Assembly (NCBI GenBank): GCA_965262915.1
Contig: OZ253564.1
Location: 544,001 to 608,000 of the forward strand
DNA: 64,000 nt
Source: Candidatus Spongiisociaceae bacterium
Lineage (GTDB): Bacteria > Actinomycetota > Acidimicrobiia > Spongiisociales > Spongiisociaceae
Direction of reading: 5' to 3'
Shown: one piece after another, positions 1 to 8,842 of the stretch
Position numbering within the stretch: the stretch's first letter is position 1
Layout: each line of letters begins with the position of its first letter
Position numbers and translations under genes: made by a program
The notes under the pieces: model-generated
Database searches by the model: none
The model's input: the letters and a program-made list of their open reading frames with translations, nothing else
What the model was told of the DNA's origin: nothing

Positions 1-2
1 TG

Positions 3-695
3 GCCTGTGGCGACAGCGGCAAGGTGCTGGCGATGATCCCGGGCCGTACGAAAGGGTCGCTGGCCAGGTTCTTTAGGGATCAAGGACCCCAGTGGTGCCG
101 GCAGGTGGAGATAGTCGTGAGCGACGGGTCCCGCTCATATCAGGCCGCAATCGCACAGTATCTGCCAGCTGCTCGCCATGTGCTCGACCGGTTCCACGTC
201 GTACGCTGGTTCACCCAAGGCCTCACTCTGGTACGCAGAGAGCTGCAGCGCCGCGACCCCCACCGGCGTCCCCCAACGTTCGAGCCGGATCTGTCCCGAG
301 CCCGCTTCACCCTCCTGCGCCGGGCCGATCACCTAACCGAAGCCCACCAGGCGCACCTCGACAGACTGTTCGATGCTCATCCCCGTCTCCGCACCGCGTG
401 GGACGCTCTCCAAGAGCTCTACCAGCTATATCAGGCAGACGACCTCGACGGGGCCAACCAGGCGCTCGGACGGTTCGCCGACCTCTACGCCACCGGCCAG
501 ATACCCCAATACCACCAAGTCGTGGACACCATCATCGCATGGGGAGAACAGATCTTGGCCTACCACACCACCCAACGACGGGTATCCAACGGACCCCCCG
601 AAGGGATCAACAACCTCCACCAAGTCCTACGACGCGTCGCCCACGGCTTCACCAACTACGACAACTACGCCGCCCGAGGAATCCTCGTAACATGA
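3..695 (+). CDS. ISL3-family transposase (5' part outside window)
   Basis: Motifs VVSDGSRSY, HVLDRFHV, SNGPPEGINN, AHGFTNYDNY. Confidence 0.9.
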   Translation, partial: ACGDSGKVLAMIPGRTKGSLARFFRDQGPQWCRQVEIVVSDGSRSYQAAIAQYLPAARHVLDRFHVVRWFTQGLTLVRRELQRRDPHRRPPTFEPDLSRARFTLLRRADHLTEAHQAHLDRLFDAHPRLRTAWDALQELYQLYQADDLDGANQALGRFADLYATGQIPQYHQVVDTIIAWGEQILAYHTTQRRVSNGPPEGINNLHQVLRRVAHGFTNYDNYAARGILVT

Positions 696-736
696 CCCCA
701 CACCGAGCGCCAGCACAGCCAAAACCCACGATGCTC

Positions 737-1969
737 CTATGTTTTGCAAATCGGTTGTTGGGTGAGCCAGTGTTGGTATCGGGTAGCGAGGTGGTGGTTG
801 TGGTGGAGGCCTCGTTCGAGTTGTGATAGGACGGTGGGCTGCGTGTCGAGGTGGTGGGCGGCGCGGGTGAGGGTGATTCGGGCTTGGGTTCGGCGGTGGC
901 GTAGGTCGGTTCCGTGGGGTGTTGGGGGCGGGTCGGTGAGGAGGTGGTATATCTCGCGGGCGATGTGGCGTTTCAGGCAGCGGATTATTTCGGTGTGGGT
1001 TTTTCCTTCCGCTTCGCGTCTGGTGACATATTCTTTGGTGGCAGCGTCGGTGCGCATTCGGTTGGTAGCGATCCGCCATAGCGCGTTGTTTGCTTGGCGG
1101 TTGCCGCCTCGGTTGAGACGGTGCCGCACTATCCGTCCCGATGATGCGGCTACGGGGCTGACACCGCAGAGGGCCGCGAAGGCTGCTTCTGAGTTCATAC
1201 GTCGTGGGTTGTCACCAGCAGCGACCAGCAGAGCAGCGGCGGTGTCGGGTCCTACTCCGTAGGCGGCCAGCAACGCAGGGTTGGCCCGTGCGCAGAGACC
1301 GCGGATCTGTTTGTCGACCTGTGTGATCTCGGTGTCTAGATTCTGGTATCGGCGGGCTAGAAGCCGCAGTGCCCGCTTGGCGTATGCCGCAGTGGTCTGC
1401 GCTGTGCCCGGACGGAAGCGGGCACAGACCTTGACCTGTGTCCGGGTCGGGAGATCCCGGAGTTGGTGTTTGACCTGCTCAGGAGCGGTTACTACCAGAG
1501 CGTGCAGCTGGTTGGCGGCCTGGGTGCGGGCTTTGACCGCGGAGCGGCGAACTACCCGCAGCATCCTGGTGGCTTCTACCGGTCCGTCGCCCGTCTTGGG
1601 TAGGGCGGTCGCTTCACCGTTGAGAGCAGCCCGGGCTGCTGCTTCGGCGTCGGTGGTGTCATCCTTGCCCCGCCGCCGGCGAAGCTGGCGGTTGGGACGG
1701 TTCACCTCCACCACACCGATACCCGCCTCGGCAAGATGACGTGTGAGCCCAGCGCCGTAGCTGCCCGTTCCTTCCACCCCGACCCGTGTGATCCGACCCC
1801 ACGACTCCATCCAGGCGACCAGTTGGGCATAACCGGAGGTATCAGCGCCGAACTGATCGGATCCCAACAGGCGACCCGCGCCATCCACCACCGCCCCAAC
1901 GTGGAAATCCCGATGTGTGTCCACCCCGCCAACCACACCTACCCCATCGGCCCTAACTTGCTCCGCCAT
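737..1969 (-). CDS. IS110-family DEDD recombinase with C-terminal XRE-like HTH extension
   Basis: GVDTH, VGVEGTGSYG, GKDDTTDAEAAARA, ASSG, RHRLNRGGNRQAN; AAAGG upstream of ATG 1969. Confidence 0.93.
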   Translation of the reverse strand: MAEQVRADGVGVVGGVDTHRDFHVGAVVDGAGRLLGSDQFGADTSGYAQLVAWMESWGRITRVGVEGTGSYGAGLTRHLAEAGIGVVEVNRPNRQLRRRRGKDDTTDAEAAARAALNGEATALPKTGDGPVEATRMLRVVRRSAVKARTQAANQLHALVVTAPEQVKHQLRDLPTRTQVKVCARFRPGTAQTTAAYAKRALRLLARRYQNLDTEITQVDKQIRGLCARANPALLAAYGVGPDTAAALLVAAGDNPRRMNSEAAFAALCGVSPVAASSGRIVRHRLNRGGNRQANNALWRIATNRMRTDAATKEYVTRREAEGKTHTEIIRCLKRHIAREIYHLLTDPPPTPHGTDLRHRRTQARITLTRAAHHLDTQPTVLSQLERGLHHNHHLATRYQHWLTQQPICKT

Positions 1970-2019
1970 GTGCTCGCCTTTCGTCGGCTGCCTAGAATCC
2001 AACCCCCGGAGCCGGGCAG

Positions 2020-2170
2020 AGCGGCGGACAGAACACTCACGGTGGAGAAGTCGAAGGCTCCTATCAAGTCACCCCGCTCCCCGGTTCAGGGTTCCTAGCC
2101 GGGGCCAGGTCGACAGATCGTGGGAAAGGCACCAAAGGCCAGTTTTCGCGTGAGTCAGACCCGGCCCCAA
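2020..2170 (-). ncRNA. IS110 bridge RNA (target-binding loop, then donor-binding loop); ends approximate
   Basis: Minus-strand segments CGCGAAAA (2143-2150) and CCCACGAT (2117-2124) match the insertion site; ATAGGAGC (2057-2064) and GAGTGT (2033-2038) match the element ends. Confidence 0.8.
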
Positions 2171-2218
2171 CCGGAAACCCTATAAGTATGAGTGTTTTCG
2201 CGCAGCCTCAGAAGGTTT

Positions 2219-2551
2219 CTACGGGAGCGGTTCGATGTCCTCCACCTCGTACCGGCCGTACTGTCCCGATTTTTCGGGTCGCCAGTCCCCAACCCCGACC
2301 CGGCGTCCCCCAATGTCCAACCATCGCAGCAGCTGGTCGCGGTCTACGAGTTCGGGGTCTACCTCGACGAGGATCGTGGCTGCCCACTGGTCGAACCGGG
2401 CCCGGGTACGCAACAGACGGCTCCCCCCGACTCTCACCCCGGTGGTGAACTGGCAGCTGCGGGCCAGCTCCTCGGCGGTGGTGCCCGGGCTCCGGTCGTG
2501 GTGGAAGCGCTCCACTGCTTCCACCACCAGCCCTTCCCGAACTTTGGGGCC
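2219..2551 (-). pseudogene. 5'-truncated RAMP/Cas7-like protein of phage type
   Basis: C-terminal RTRARFDQW...GGRRVGVGDWRPEKSGQYGRYEV glycine-rich loop; the upstream part of the ORF does not look protein-like. Confidence 0.6.
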
Positions 2552-3104
2552 GTGCCGCAACCCCCAAGGAGAGGGACGCCGCCTCATGAGGGCTGTGCCG
2601 CAGCTGCGTGTGCCAGTCACAAGGCGAAACTGAACACAGCCTCCCTCCACTACCAGCCGGAACGCCCACCGAGAGACAAAGCACGACGGATCAGAGCAAA
2701 AGCCATCCCACAAATCAGCGACGAACTCGCCCGAGCTGGCGGAACCGTCGAAGGCATGGGAACCCATCAACGCCAAAGACCGCCGACAACCCGTCCCCGA
2801 ACGTGGCATCACCCACACGTCGGCTTAAAACCAGGCTCGGGAAGAACCTCCGATACGGGACGGGTACCGGTCCGCCCGCGGCTTCCTAGCGTAGGAGGTC
2901 TGTACTCCCTCGAGTTCTGCACTCCCGGCGTCCTCGAGGAGATCGGTCGTGTGCCGATATTGGGTGACCACGAGGTCGGCCGCAACAGCGATACTGCCCA
3001 CCGAGATCAGGGCTACGTTCTCAGCGAACCATCAACGGCGAGACCTCAACCCGTTCGATATGCGGTGTCAAACACAAGATGCGTGCGCAGGAGCCGCTGC
3101 GTCA

Positions 3105-4334
3105 TCATTCGAGAGCGGCGGCCCACCGGGACAGATGATCCAACGGAATCCGGACATTGCCGGGTATTCGTCTCCGAGCCCTGGTGGCTCGCGCCTCGTC
3201 CTCGCGCATTGCATCCCGTAACTGTGAACTCTCGTTCTCTTCCGATAGCTGCATTTCCCATGCGCGTGCGAGAGCGAAGTGCCGTTTCAATTGGTGATAG
3301 TCAAGCTCGTTGGGGCGTCTAGCGCCCCCGCCGCACACACTACACTCACACGCAAACGCTCGGTCCACTTCCACCAACGAGGTGGCTGCAGCTGTTGGCA
3401 TATAAGCGTGCAGCTTCCGCACATAATATCGAGCAGGTGCAGCACCAGTAGCATCTAGTGTCGGCCAGTCTCGTGACTCGCTATATCCCAATCCGTTATT
3501 AAACCCAGCTAGCCCAACCTTACCCAAGAGTATGCTGAAGTATCCACCGTAGAGGTTCATAAGTTTACGGTTCCCACTCAGTACAGATATCGTCGCTCTA
3601 AGTGAACGAAGATCAGCTACAGACCTCGTACGCTCATCGAATCCTGGTACCCAGAAGAAGATCCTGGAGGAGAGATGATCTGGGACGCAGAGAATTGCTT
3701 CTTCAAGCATCGACAACTCGGTGATCGCAACGACAGGTGAGATTTCATTTGGACGATCAAGACGTTGAGCTGAAGCCCAGAGCCGTTGTGTCACCTCCCA
3801 CCAATCGCTTGATCTGGTTCTAGCCGCGAAGTACGGGCACAACAAGTATGTCGGGCTCTTCGCATCGCTTTCGGATTCCACGTTGCCAGACCCACCTTGG
3901 GCACGATCTAACAGGGACTTATAGCGGTTCAACTTCTCAGCTATATGTTCGGCTCTACCACCGTAGTCGCGTTGAAAGCTGATCATCGATGAGACTACTT
4001 CGTCGCATACGTCAGAGGAATAAAACTCGGCCGGGAACCGGACGCCCTGACCTTCTTGCTCTGACGGTCGACCGAGTCTCTCTACCACCGATTGACCCAT
4101 CGTAGATGCAAGGGTGTAGTGTGAGGCACGCGGATCTCTGATAACCTCCTGGAAGAGAGGGGTTCGCGGCTCAATGAAGTAGTCAAGTCCTGACGACAGC
4201 ACGAAGCCCGCAGTCGCGTCCTGATAATACGAAGCGATCGTAGACGGAACACTCATCACGTCAAAGCAGCGTCGGACTTCTAGATTACGAAAACTAGCTT
4301 GATCTGAGTTCCCGTAGGCGAGGCAATGGAGCAT
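3105..4334 (-). CDS. Uncharacterised 409-aa protein, TGT/queuine-tRNA-ribosyltransferase-like with C-terminal CxCxxC...H Zn site
   Basis: FACECSVC...LKRHF motif; alternating alpha/beta pattern; start overlaps the upstream stop (TGATG). Confidence 0.6.
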   Translation of the reverse strand: MLHCLAYGNSDQASFRNLEVRRCFDVMSVPSTIASYYQDATAGFVLSSGLDYFIEPRTPLFQEVIRDPRASHYTLASTMGQSVVERLGRPSEQEGQGVRFPAEFYSSDVCDEVVSSMISFQRDYGGRAEHIAEKLNRYKSLLDRAQGGSGNVESESDAKSPTYLLCPYFAARTRSSDWWEVTQRLWASAQRLDRPNEISPVVAITELSMLEEAILCVPDHLSSRIFFWVPGFDERTRSVADLRSLRATISVLSGNRKLMNLYGGYFSILLGKVGLAGFNNGLGYSESRDWPTLDATGAAPARYYVRKLHAYMPTAAATSLVEVDRAFACECSVCGGGARRPNELDYHQLKRHFALARAWEMQLSEENESSQLRDAMREDEARATRARRRIPGNVRIPLDHLSRWAAALE

Positions 4335-4756
4335 CAGACGGATGCTCCCATACTCGCTTCCTCCATATTGGAGTTCACGAGTCGATCACGGATCCGTGTG
4401 ACCGGTGGCGTTCGGATTGCTTGCTGAACTATGCACGTTCTTTCAGTGTCGACGGAGACAACGCCGATCCGATACCGCGCTGCTTCACTCAGCCTCTCTG
4501 GGGTCACCTGGTGCACAAGGATCGCTACGTAGACGTAGTCTACACAGTATTGGTGCAAGAAGGCCTGCGCCAATAGGCGCCCCCAGTGTGAGAGCTTGGC
4601 CTCCACGGCAAAGAGCGCTGACGGTGTTTTTACCAAGATGTCCATCCGTGCTTGATCATGGCAGCGTACCTCTACATGACTGCTAGCCTCTGCTCCCCAT
4701 AGCTCGGCAACATCTCGTCGAAGGTCGGCAACCATCTCAGCCTCAGAATTGTACAT
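4334..4756 (-). CDS. Small PD-(D/E)xK restriction-endonuclease-fold protein
   Basis: E...RMDIL...AVEAKL..W...LAQA...YVYVA signature; TAATG coupling to the upstream gene. Confidence 0.65.
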   Translation of the reverse strand: MYNSEAEMVADLRRDVAELWGAEASSHVEVRCHDQARMDILVKTPSALFAVEAKLSHWGRLLAQAFLHQYCVDYVYVAILVHQVTPERLSEAARYRIGVVSVDTERTCIVQQAIRTPPVTRIRDRLVNSNMEEASMGASV

Positions 4757-5343
4757 TAGCTTGTCTCCGGTCCGTGCCGGACGAGGGCAGTCAGGCGCCG
4801 CTCAGTTAAGCGAGCGTAGATGAGCAGTATGCTGTATCCCATGGCAGCAACAATGGTCGCTGCAAACAGCGCCCAAGAGCCCTTCGATAGAGTGACTCCG
4901 TCGTTCCGGAGCGCAATCACCAACGGCACTATGAATCCTAGGAAACACAAGCCGCCAACGATAGAACATAGTCGTCGTGCCCGTCTCAGCTGACTTGAAC
5001 GCCTATATAGAGTGTCGAACTCGAATACGTTGAAGTGGTACGCAGCGATAGCGTCCAGAACTTCCGGTTTGTCAAAGGTGTATTTTAGTTCCGTCTCCAA
5101 ACGGTCTTCCTCGCTTTGCTGAAGGTATAATCGCCTGATGGGGATCATATGCGTGTACAGCAGCCTGATCATTTGTGATCCTATGCTGTTCCGGAGCATT
5201 CGTACCTGCTCGTTTAAGCTATTACCTCCTGCCTTCGTATCGCGGCGATCGTGTCGCCACATAAGCGTGACACTGATCACTGCAACAGCGGCGATAACGA
5301 TATCGTAGACGGTCTGCCAATAATTAGGCATAGCCTGCGACAA
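4756..5343 (-). CDS. Uncharacterised membrane protein, about 3 TM helices (start may be ATG 5331)
   Basis: One N-terminal and two C-terminal hydrophobic stretches; in operon. Confidence 0.7.
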   Translation of the reverse strand: MSQAMPNYWQTVYDIVIAAVAVISVTLMWRHDRRDTKAGGNSLNEQVRMLRNSIGSQMIRLLYTHMIPIRRLYLQQSEEDRLETELKYTFDKPEVLDAIAAYHFNVFEFDTLYRRSSQLRRARRLCSIVGGLCFLGFIVPLVIALRNDGVTLSKGSWALFAATIVAAMGYSILLIYARLTERRLTALVRHGPETS

Positions 5344-5349
5344 GCCTCA

Positions 5350-5889
5350 CTAGTCGGAGTGAACTATCTTGTCACGAATAACGGATCTGACTGCATAGTC
5401 AGGATACTTAGTGTATACATAATAGATCAGAGTCTGCAGAGGCAGGCCGGCATAAGTGTCCTTGATTCGTCTGATCTCAGCCTCAAGCTGAGGACGATTA
5501 CGAAACAAATAACGAGCGATACTTTTACCATCGTCGGTGAGTATGAACTGGCGCTCGTAGGATATTTCTGTCGCCATACCTGAGTAAAGCAATTCTTCAG
5601 CACGATCAAGTTCTGAATCAGTGAAGTTCCGCTGCTCCTCTATTAGGCCAGCCTCCTCTAGGAGTTCGACGGCCTCGTATACCTCTTTGGAGTAAGGCCC
5701 GTAGTGATAAGGCACAAAATCGAAGGTCTCATCGAGAGCTTCCCCATAGTTGCATTCTTTGTCTACGAGGAACAAGAGTTTCTCGAGGCGCGTGATTCCG
5801 TTGATTCGATTGGTAGCTTGTTCCCAACGAGTTGAAGTTGCCAGTAGCAAAAGCACCAGATCTGGAGCTATCAGCGGTTCGTTCTCCAC
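5350..5889 (-). CDS. YwgA/DUF4065 (Panacea/SocA-like) family protein
   Basis: GITRLEKLLFL...FDFVPYHYGPYSKEV...LTDDG...YVYTKYP. Confidence 0.7.
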   Translation of the reverse strand: MENEPLIAPDLVLLLLATSTRWEQATNRINGITRLEKLLFLVDKECNYGEALDETFDFVPYHYGPYSKEVYEAVELLEEAGLIEEQRNFTDSELDRAEELLYSGMATEISYERQFILTDDGKSIARYLFRNRPQLEAEIRRIKDTYAGLPLQTLIYYVYTKYPDYAVRSVIRDKIVHSD

Positions 5890-6711
5890 AAGACGCTCCT
5901 ATCGTGACTAGGCTGCGGACTCAACCGAATGGTCGACTCGTGCTCGCTATACAGTACCTCGCAGGGACGCTCCGTATCCGTACGAGGTGCTAGACGGAGT
6001 TTACTCAAACGAGGTCCCGATCCGGGTCGGTTCTGACTTCCAGATATGTGAAGGAGTGGGGGAGTGTCCCCTCTCGAATGTCGTCCGTATCGATGGTCGG
6101 GGGAGGAGTTGATCAGCGAATGGTGGTACGAAGAGTGGGACTTCACCACTCGGCTGCCGCCTACCACAGCCGATTACCTGACTGTTCACCCCTGTTCGGC
6201 AACGGAGGATTCCTCCGCTGGGAGGGTTCAGGACGTGGCGGGGAGGAAGCAGACCAGGTTTCTCACGACAACTAGCACCATAGCTCCCCATCGAGGTCCT
6301 CGCGGGGTGGGTGATGATCCCGGACTCGGCGTGGAGCTGTCCGTCGGCGTCTACGGTGACGGCCGGGGCCGGGCCGCCGTCTACTACCTCGATGTGTCCG
6401 TTCTGGTCGATGCGGAACAGTACGCTCACGGCCATGCTCATTCCCCTTCCGTGCCGGTGGGTCTGAGGGTACCGGGAGGGTGTGACAGAACGGCCGACGG
6501 GGGCGTTGCGCACGTTGGGTCCTTCGTCATCGGACGGGTTCGTGCCGCATCGGGCGAGCGTTTGCCCGGATGGGGTTCCTTGGTAGGTTCGGCCCGGCGC
6601 GAGTACGTGGCCGCCACCGTCTAACAGGCAACCACACGGGGCGCAGAGCACTGCGTTATCACGTTTCGCCCCGGCTGCGCCTGCTAACAGCAGCGATCAG
6701 ATTGCCATCAC

Positions 6712-6790
6712 TGGACCGCTCCGGTGGATAGTCCTGATCTTAGGGAGGCTTGAGTGGTCGGGTGGGTTCTGGGTTGGTGGGTGAGGGCTC
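6712..6790 (-). mobile_element. Probable IS3-family right-end remnant
   Basis: TGGACCGCTCCGGTGGATAGTCC terminus-like sequence after a short ORF tail; a second TGAACCGTACCGGG end lies nearby. Confidence 0.3.
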
Positions 6791-6903
6791 TCTGAACCGT
6801 ACCGGGTCATTCACACCATCCAGGTTCAACAACCGAAACCCTCAACAACGACCACGAAGGCAAACAGCGATCGCTGGCCCCTCCCCTGCTAAACGAAGTA
6901 CGG

Positions 6904-7074
6904 CCGGTCCAGCATGGCAGCGGCGATGGTGCTGTCGGAGAAAATGTCTCCCCAGGAGGCGACGCTGCGGTTGGTGGTCAGGATTATGGAGCCTTTCTGG
7001 TAGCGGCGGGAGATGACCTGGAAGAGGGAGGCGGCGTCTTCGGCGGGCATGGGCAGATAGCCGAGTTCGTCGGC
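6904..7074 (-). pseudogene. istB: IS21-family helper ATPase fragment
   Basis: Manual translation: DELGYLPMPAEDAASLFQVISRRYQKGSIILTTNRSVASWGDIFSDSTIAAAMLDR. Confidence 0.85.
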
Positions 7075-7176
7075 CTGGTATGTTGATAAGGGGGCAGGAT
7101 GGTCGTCCCTGGTCGACTGTGGGTCGGATTGTGGGACAGAGCGGCTAGAATAGCCGTTTATACTGGGGTTTTACCC

Positions 7177-7223
7177 TCCCTGATAAGGATGAGGTCCCTG
7201 GTTCAAATCCAGGTGGGCCCACC
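7177..7223 (+). other. 3' half of tRNA-Ile(GAT), att-site duplication of an integrated element
   Basis: TCC-CTGATAA-GGATG-AGGTC-CCTGG-TTCAAAT-CCAGG-TGGGCCC-A with no 5' half or D-arm; TGTGGG direct repeats just upstream. Confidence 0.85.
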
Positions 7224-7346
7224 CGGACGGTGTTATCCACGCCGGGCGTCGAACCTGGCTCCGTTGGGTTGGAGCACCGCTGCCGTGACGTCAGGCATGT
7301 GTCACCGTCTGCGATCACCAAGTACTGTCGCTTGAAGGAGCGCCGC

Positions 7347-7766
7347 ATGACCGCATCGGGCAGCAGCGAACGGATGATCACGTTGGAGGACTTCCACCAT
7401 TCCCTCGATGACGAGACCACCGTGAAGGCGAAGCCGTCAGACACGGTCGACGAGGTGGAAATGCGGATGGACAGTCACAACATCGATCAGGTCCCGGTCG
7501 TCGATCCGAAGTCAGAACTGATGGTACTGACCCGTAGGATGATCTCGAGAGTGCCTCCGATAGAGAGGACTGCCATGCGGGTTTCCCAGGTGCCGGACAT
7601 CGACCAAATGCCGTGGGCGTGGCCCGCCTCCACACTGCTGCCCGACGCGGCGCCGGATCTCGTCGAGCACGACTGGGTCATCACCACCGACGAGGATGAC
7701 AAGCCGGTAGGGCTGGCAACGGTAGGTGATGCCCTCAAGGAGGCCTTGTCTCGCCTTAACGGTTGA
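7347..7766 (+). CDS. CBS-domain protein
   Basis: MDSHNIDQVPVVD...KPVGLATVGD; RBS AAGGAG. Confidence 0.7.
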   Translation: MTASGSSERMITLEDFHHSLDDETTVKAKPSDTVDEVEMRMDSHNIDQVPVVDPKSELMVLTRRMISRVPPIERTAMRVSQVPDIDQMPWAWPASTLLPDAAPDLVEHDWVITTDEDDKPVGLATVGDALKEALSRLNG

Positions 7767-7930
7767 GGAGCCGGCCCCTAACCCACCGCTCCCGTTGATC
7801 TCACCACCGAACATCGGGTACCAACCGGGTTGCTCGCAACACGCTCATCGGCGTGGGCGAACGTGGAGGCACTGCGGGCAGTGGTGTGTAAAGACTTCGG
7901 ATAGCCTCCAGTAGACTCGGCCGCACGCCG

Positions 7931-8326
7931 ATGACTCTCAGGGGAGAAACTGAATTGGTAACCGCGGGGTCTCTTCGAGTGGTGGACTATCCGCCTCCGT
8001 CCGACAAAGCAGTGGATGAAGCAATAACCAAAGCCGTCGCGGGCTATAGGCGAGTATTCGGCGAACGGCTAGCTCAGGTCTGGCTCTTCGGTTCGCGAGC
8101 ACGGGGGGACCATCGACCCGACTCGGATGTTGATCTGTTGGTCGTCCTACATGAGGAAGGCCCGATGCACTCGGAGTCCAAGCTGCTATGTGCCGTCTCG
8201 GGTCCTATCCGTCTGTCCTCCGGCGTGTTCATCGACGGGCATCCGACTACTCTGGCGTGCTTCGAAACAGGCAATGACGATTACCACTACTTCATCAGAC
8301 GCGAAGGGCGGCGAGTAGATGTATGA
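7931..8326 (+). CDS. MNT nucleotidyltransferase (antitoxin-type)
   Basis: LFGSRARGDHRPDSDVDLLVV. Confidence 0.9.
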   Translation: MTLRGETELVTAGSLRVVDYPPPSDKAVDEAITKAVAGYRRVFGERLAQVWLFGSRARGDHRPDSDVDLLVVLHEEGPMHSESKLLCAVSGPIRLSSGVFIDGHPTTLACFETGNDDYHYFIRREGRRVDV

Positions 8327-8700
8327 AGGGGATATCACCTTCCTGATGGAGTACTGCCAACGGGACTTGGGCTACGCGCAGGGTCTGATCGTGAAAGGAG
8401 ATTACGCCAAGAGCATCGGGGAAAGCTATTACGCCGTGTTCTATGCGGCCAAAGCAGGACTGCTTCACCTGGGTATCAGATCAAAGAGCCACCAGAGCGT
8501 ACAGGCGGGGATAGACAGTATCGTTGAGAGAGATTCTGTCTCCTGCCTTGGGAAACGTACCCGCAATACTCTTGAGCATGCGCAACGAGGCGGTCTATCG
8601 CTTTGCAAGACGTGATTGGAATGTGCACGACGCCACCAATTGCTTGACCATGGCAAGAGGATTCGTAGAGGTGATAGAGGCCATCCTTGCTACTTCATAG
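8319..8700 (+). pseudogene. HEPN-domain protein, frameshifted at (GA)4 tract 8526-8533
   Basis: YYAVFYAAKA...KSH in the first frame; MRNEAVY...AILATS* in the shifted frame. Confidence 0.85.
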
Positions 8701-8842
8701 CTAGTAGGCATCCTGAGGAAGATTGTGTCGAACGGTCATGGAGAGCGCTGCTCGCGGATAACCCGGCGGCACCGTGGCTTCGGTCAGTGCGCGCTATTCG
8801 CGCTCGCGGGCCGTTCGATCACCACACCGGAGCCTACGGCTG

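Larger units (their letters stand above)
733..2195 (-). mobile_element. IS110-family element
   Basis: IS110 recombinase plus ~220 bp upstream non-coding end; right end reads ATAGGAGC on the minus strand; no terminal inverted repeats; junctions match internal guide segments. Confidence 0.9.
1..2207 (+). mobile_element. ISL3-family IS, right part; terminal repeat interrupted by IS110
   Basis: ISL3 transposase C-terminus. Removing the IS110 rebuilds the end CCCACGATTTTCGCGCAGCC, similar to the ISL3 end CCCACTCATTTCCGAAGAGCC finishing at 38297. Confidence 0.85.

Noticed and set aside
731-733. ATG at 731-733 and 2188-2190 as the IS110 core duplication
   Set aside because: Placing the boundary at 2194/2195 makes all four guides match and rebuilds the ISL3 end; the ATG model leaves the target guide out of register.
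2552-3100. ORF 2192-3322 and the N-terminal part of ORF 2219-2818
   Set aside because: No recognisable family; looks like IS or gene debris and antisense read-through.
6001-6651. Overlapping ORFs on both strands
   Set aside because: Cannot decide the coding strand; no motif. A short minus-strand product from MSMAVSV is possible but unsupported.
6750-6790. GGT-rich stretch as a pentamer guide array for the RAMP-like gene
   Set aside because: No steady 5-nt period, 4 kb away, and explained as an IS tail.
7177-7223. Functional tRNA-Ile
   Set aside because: The 5' half and D-arm are missing.
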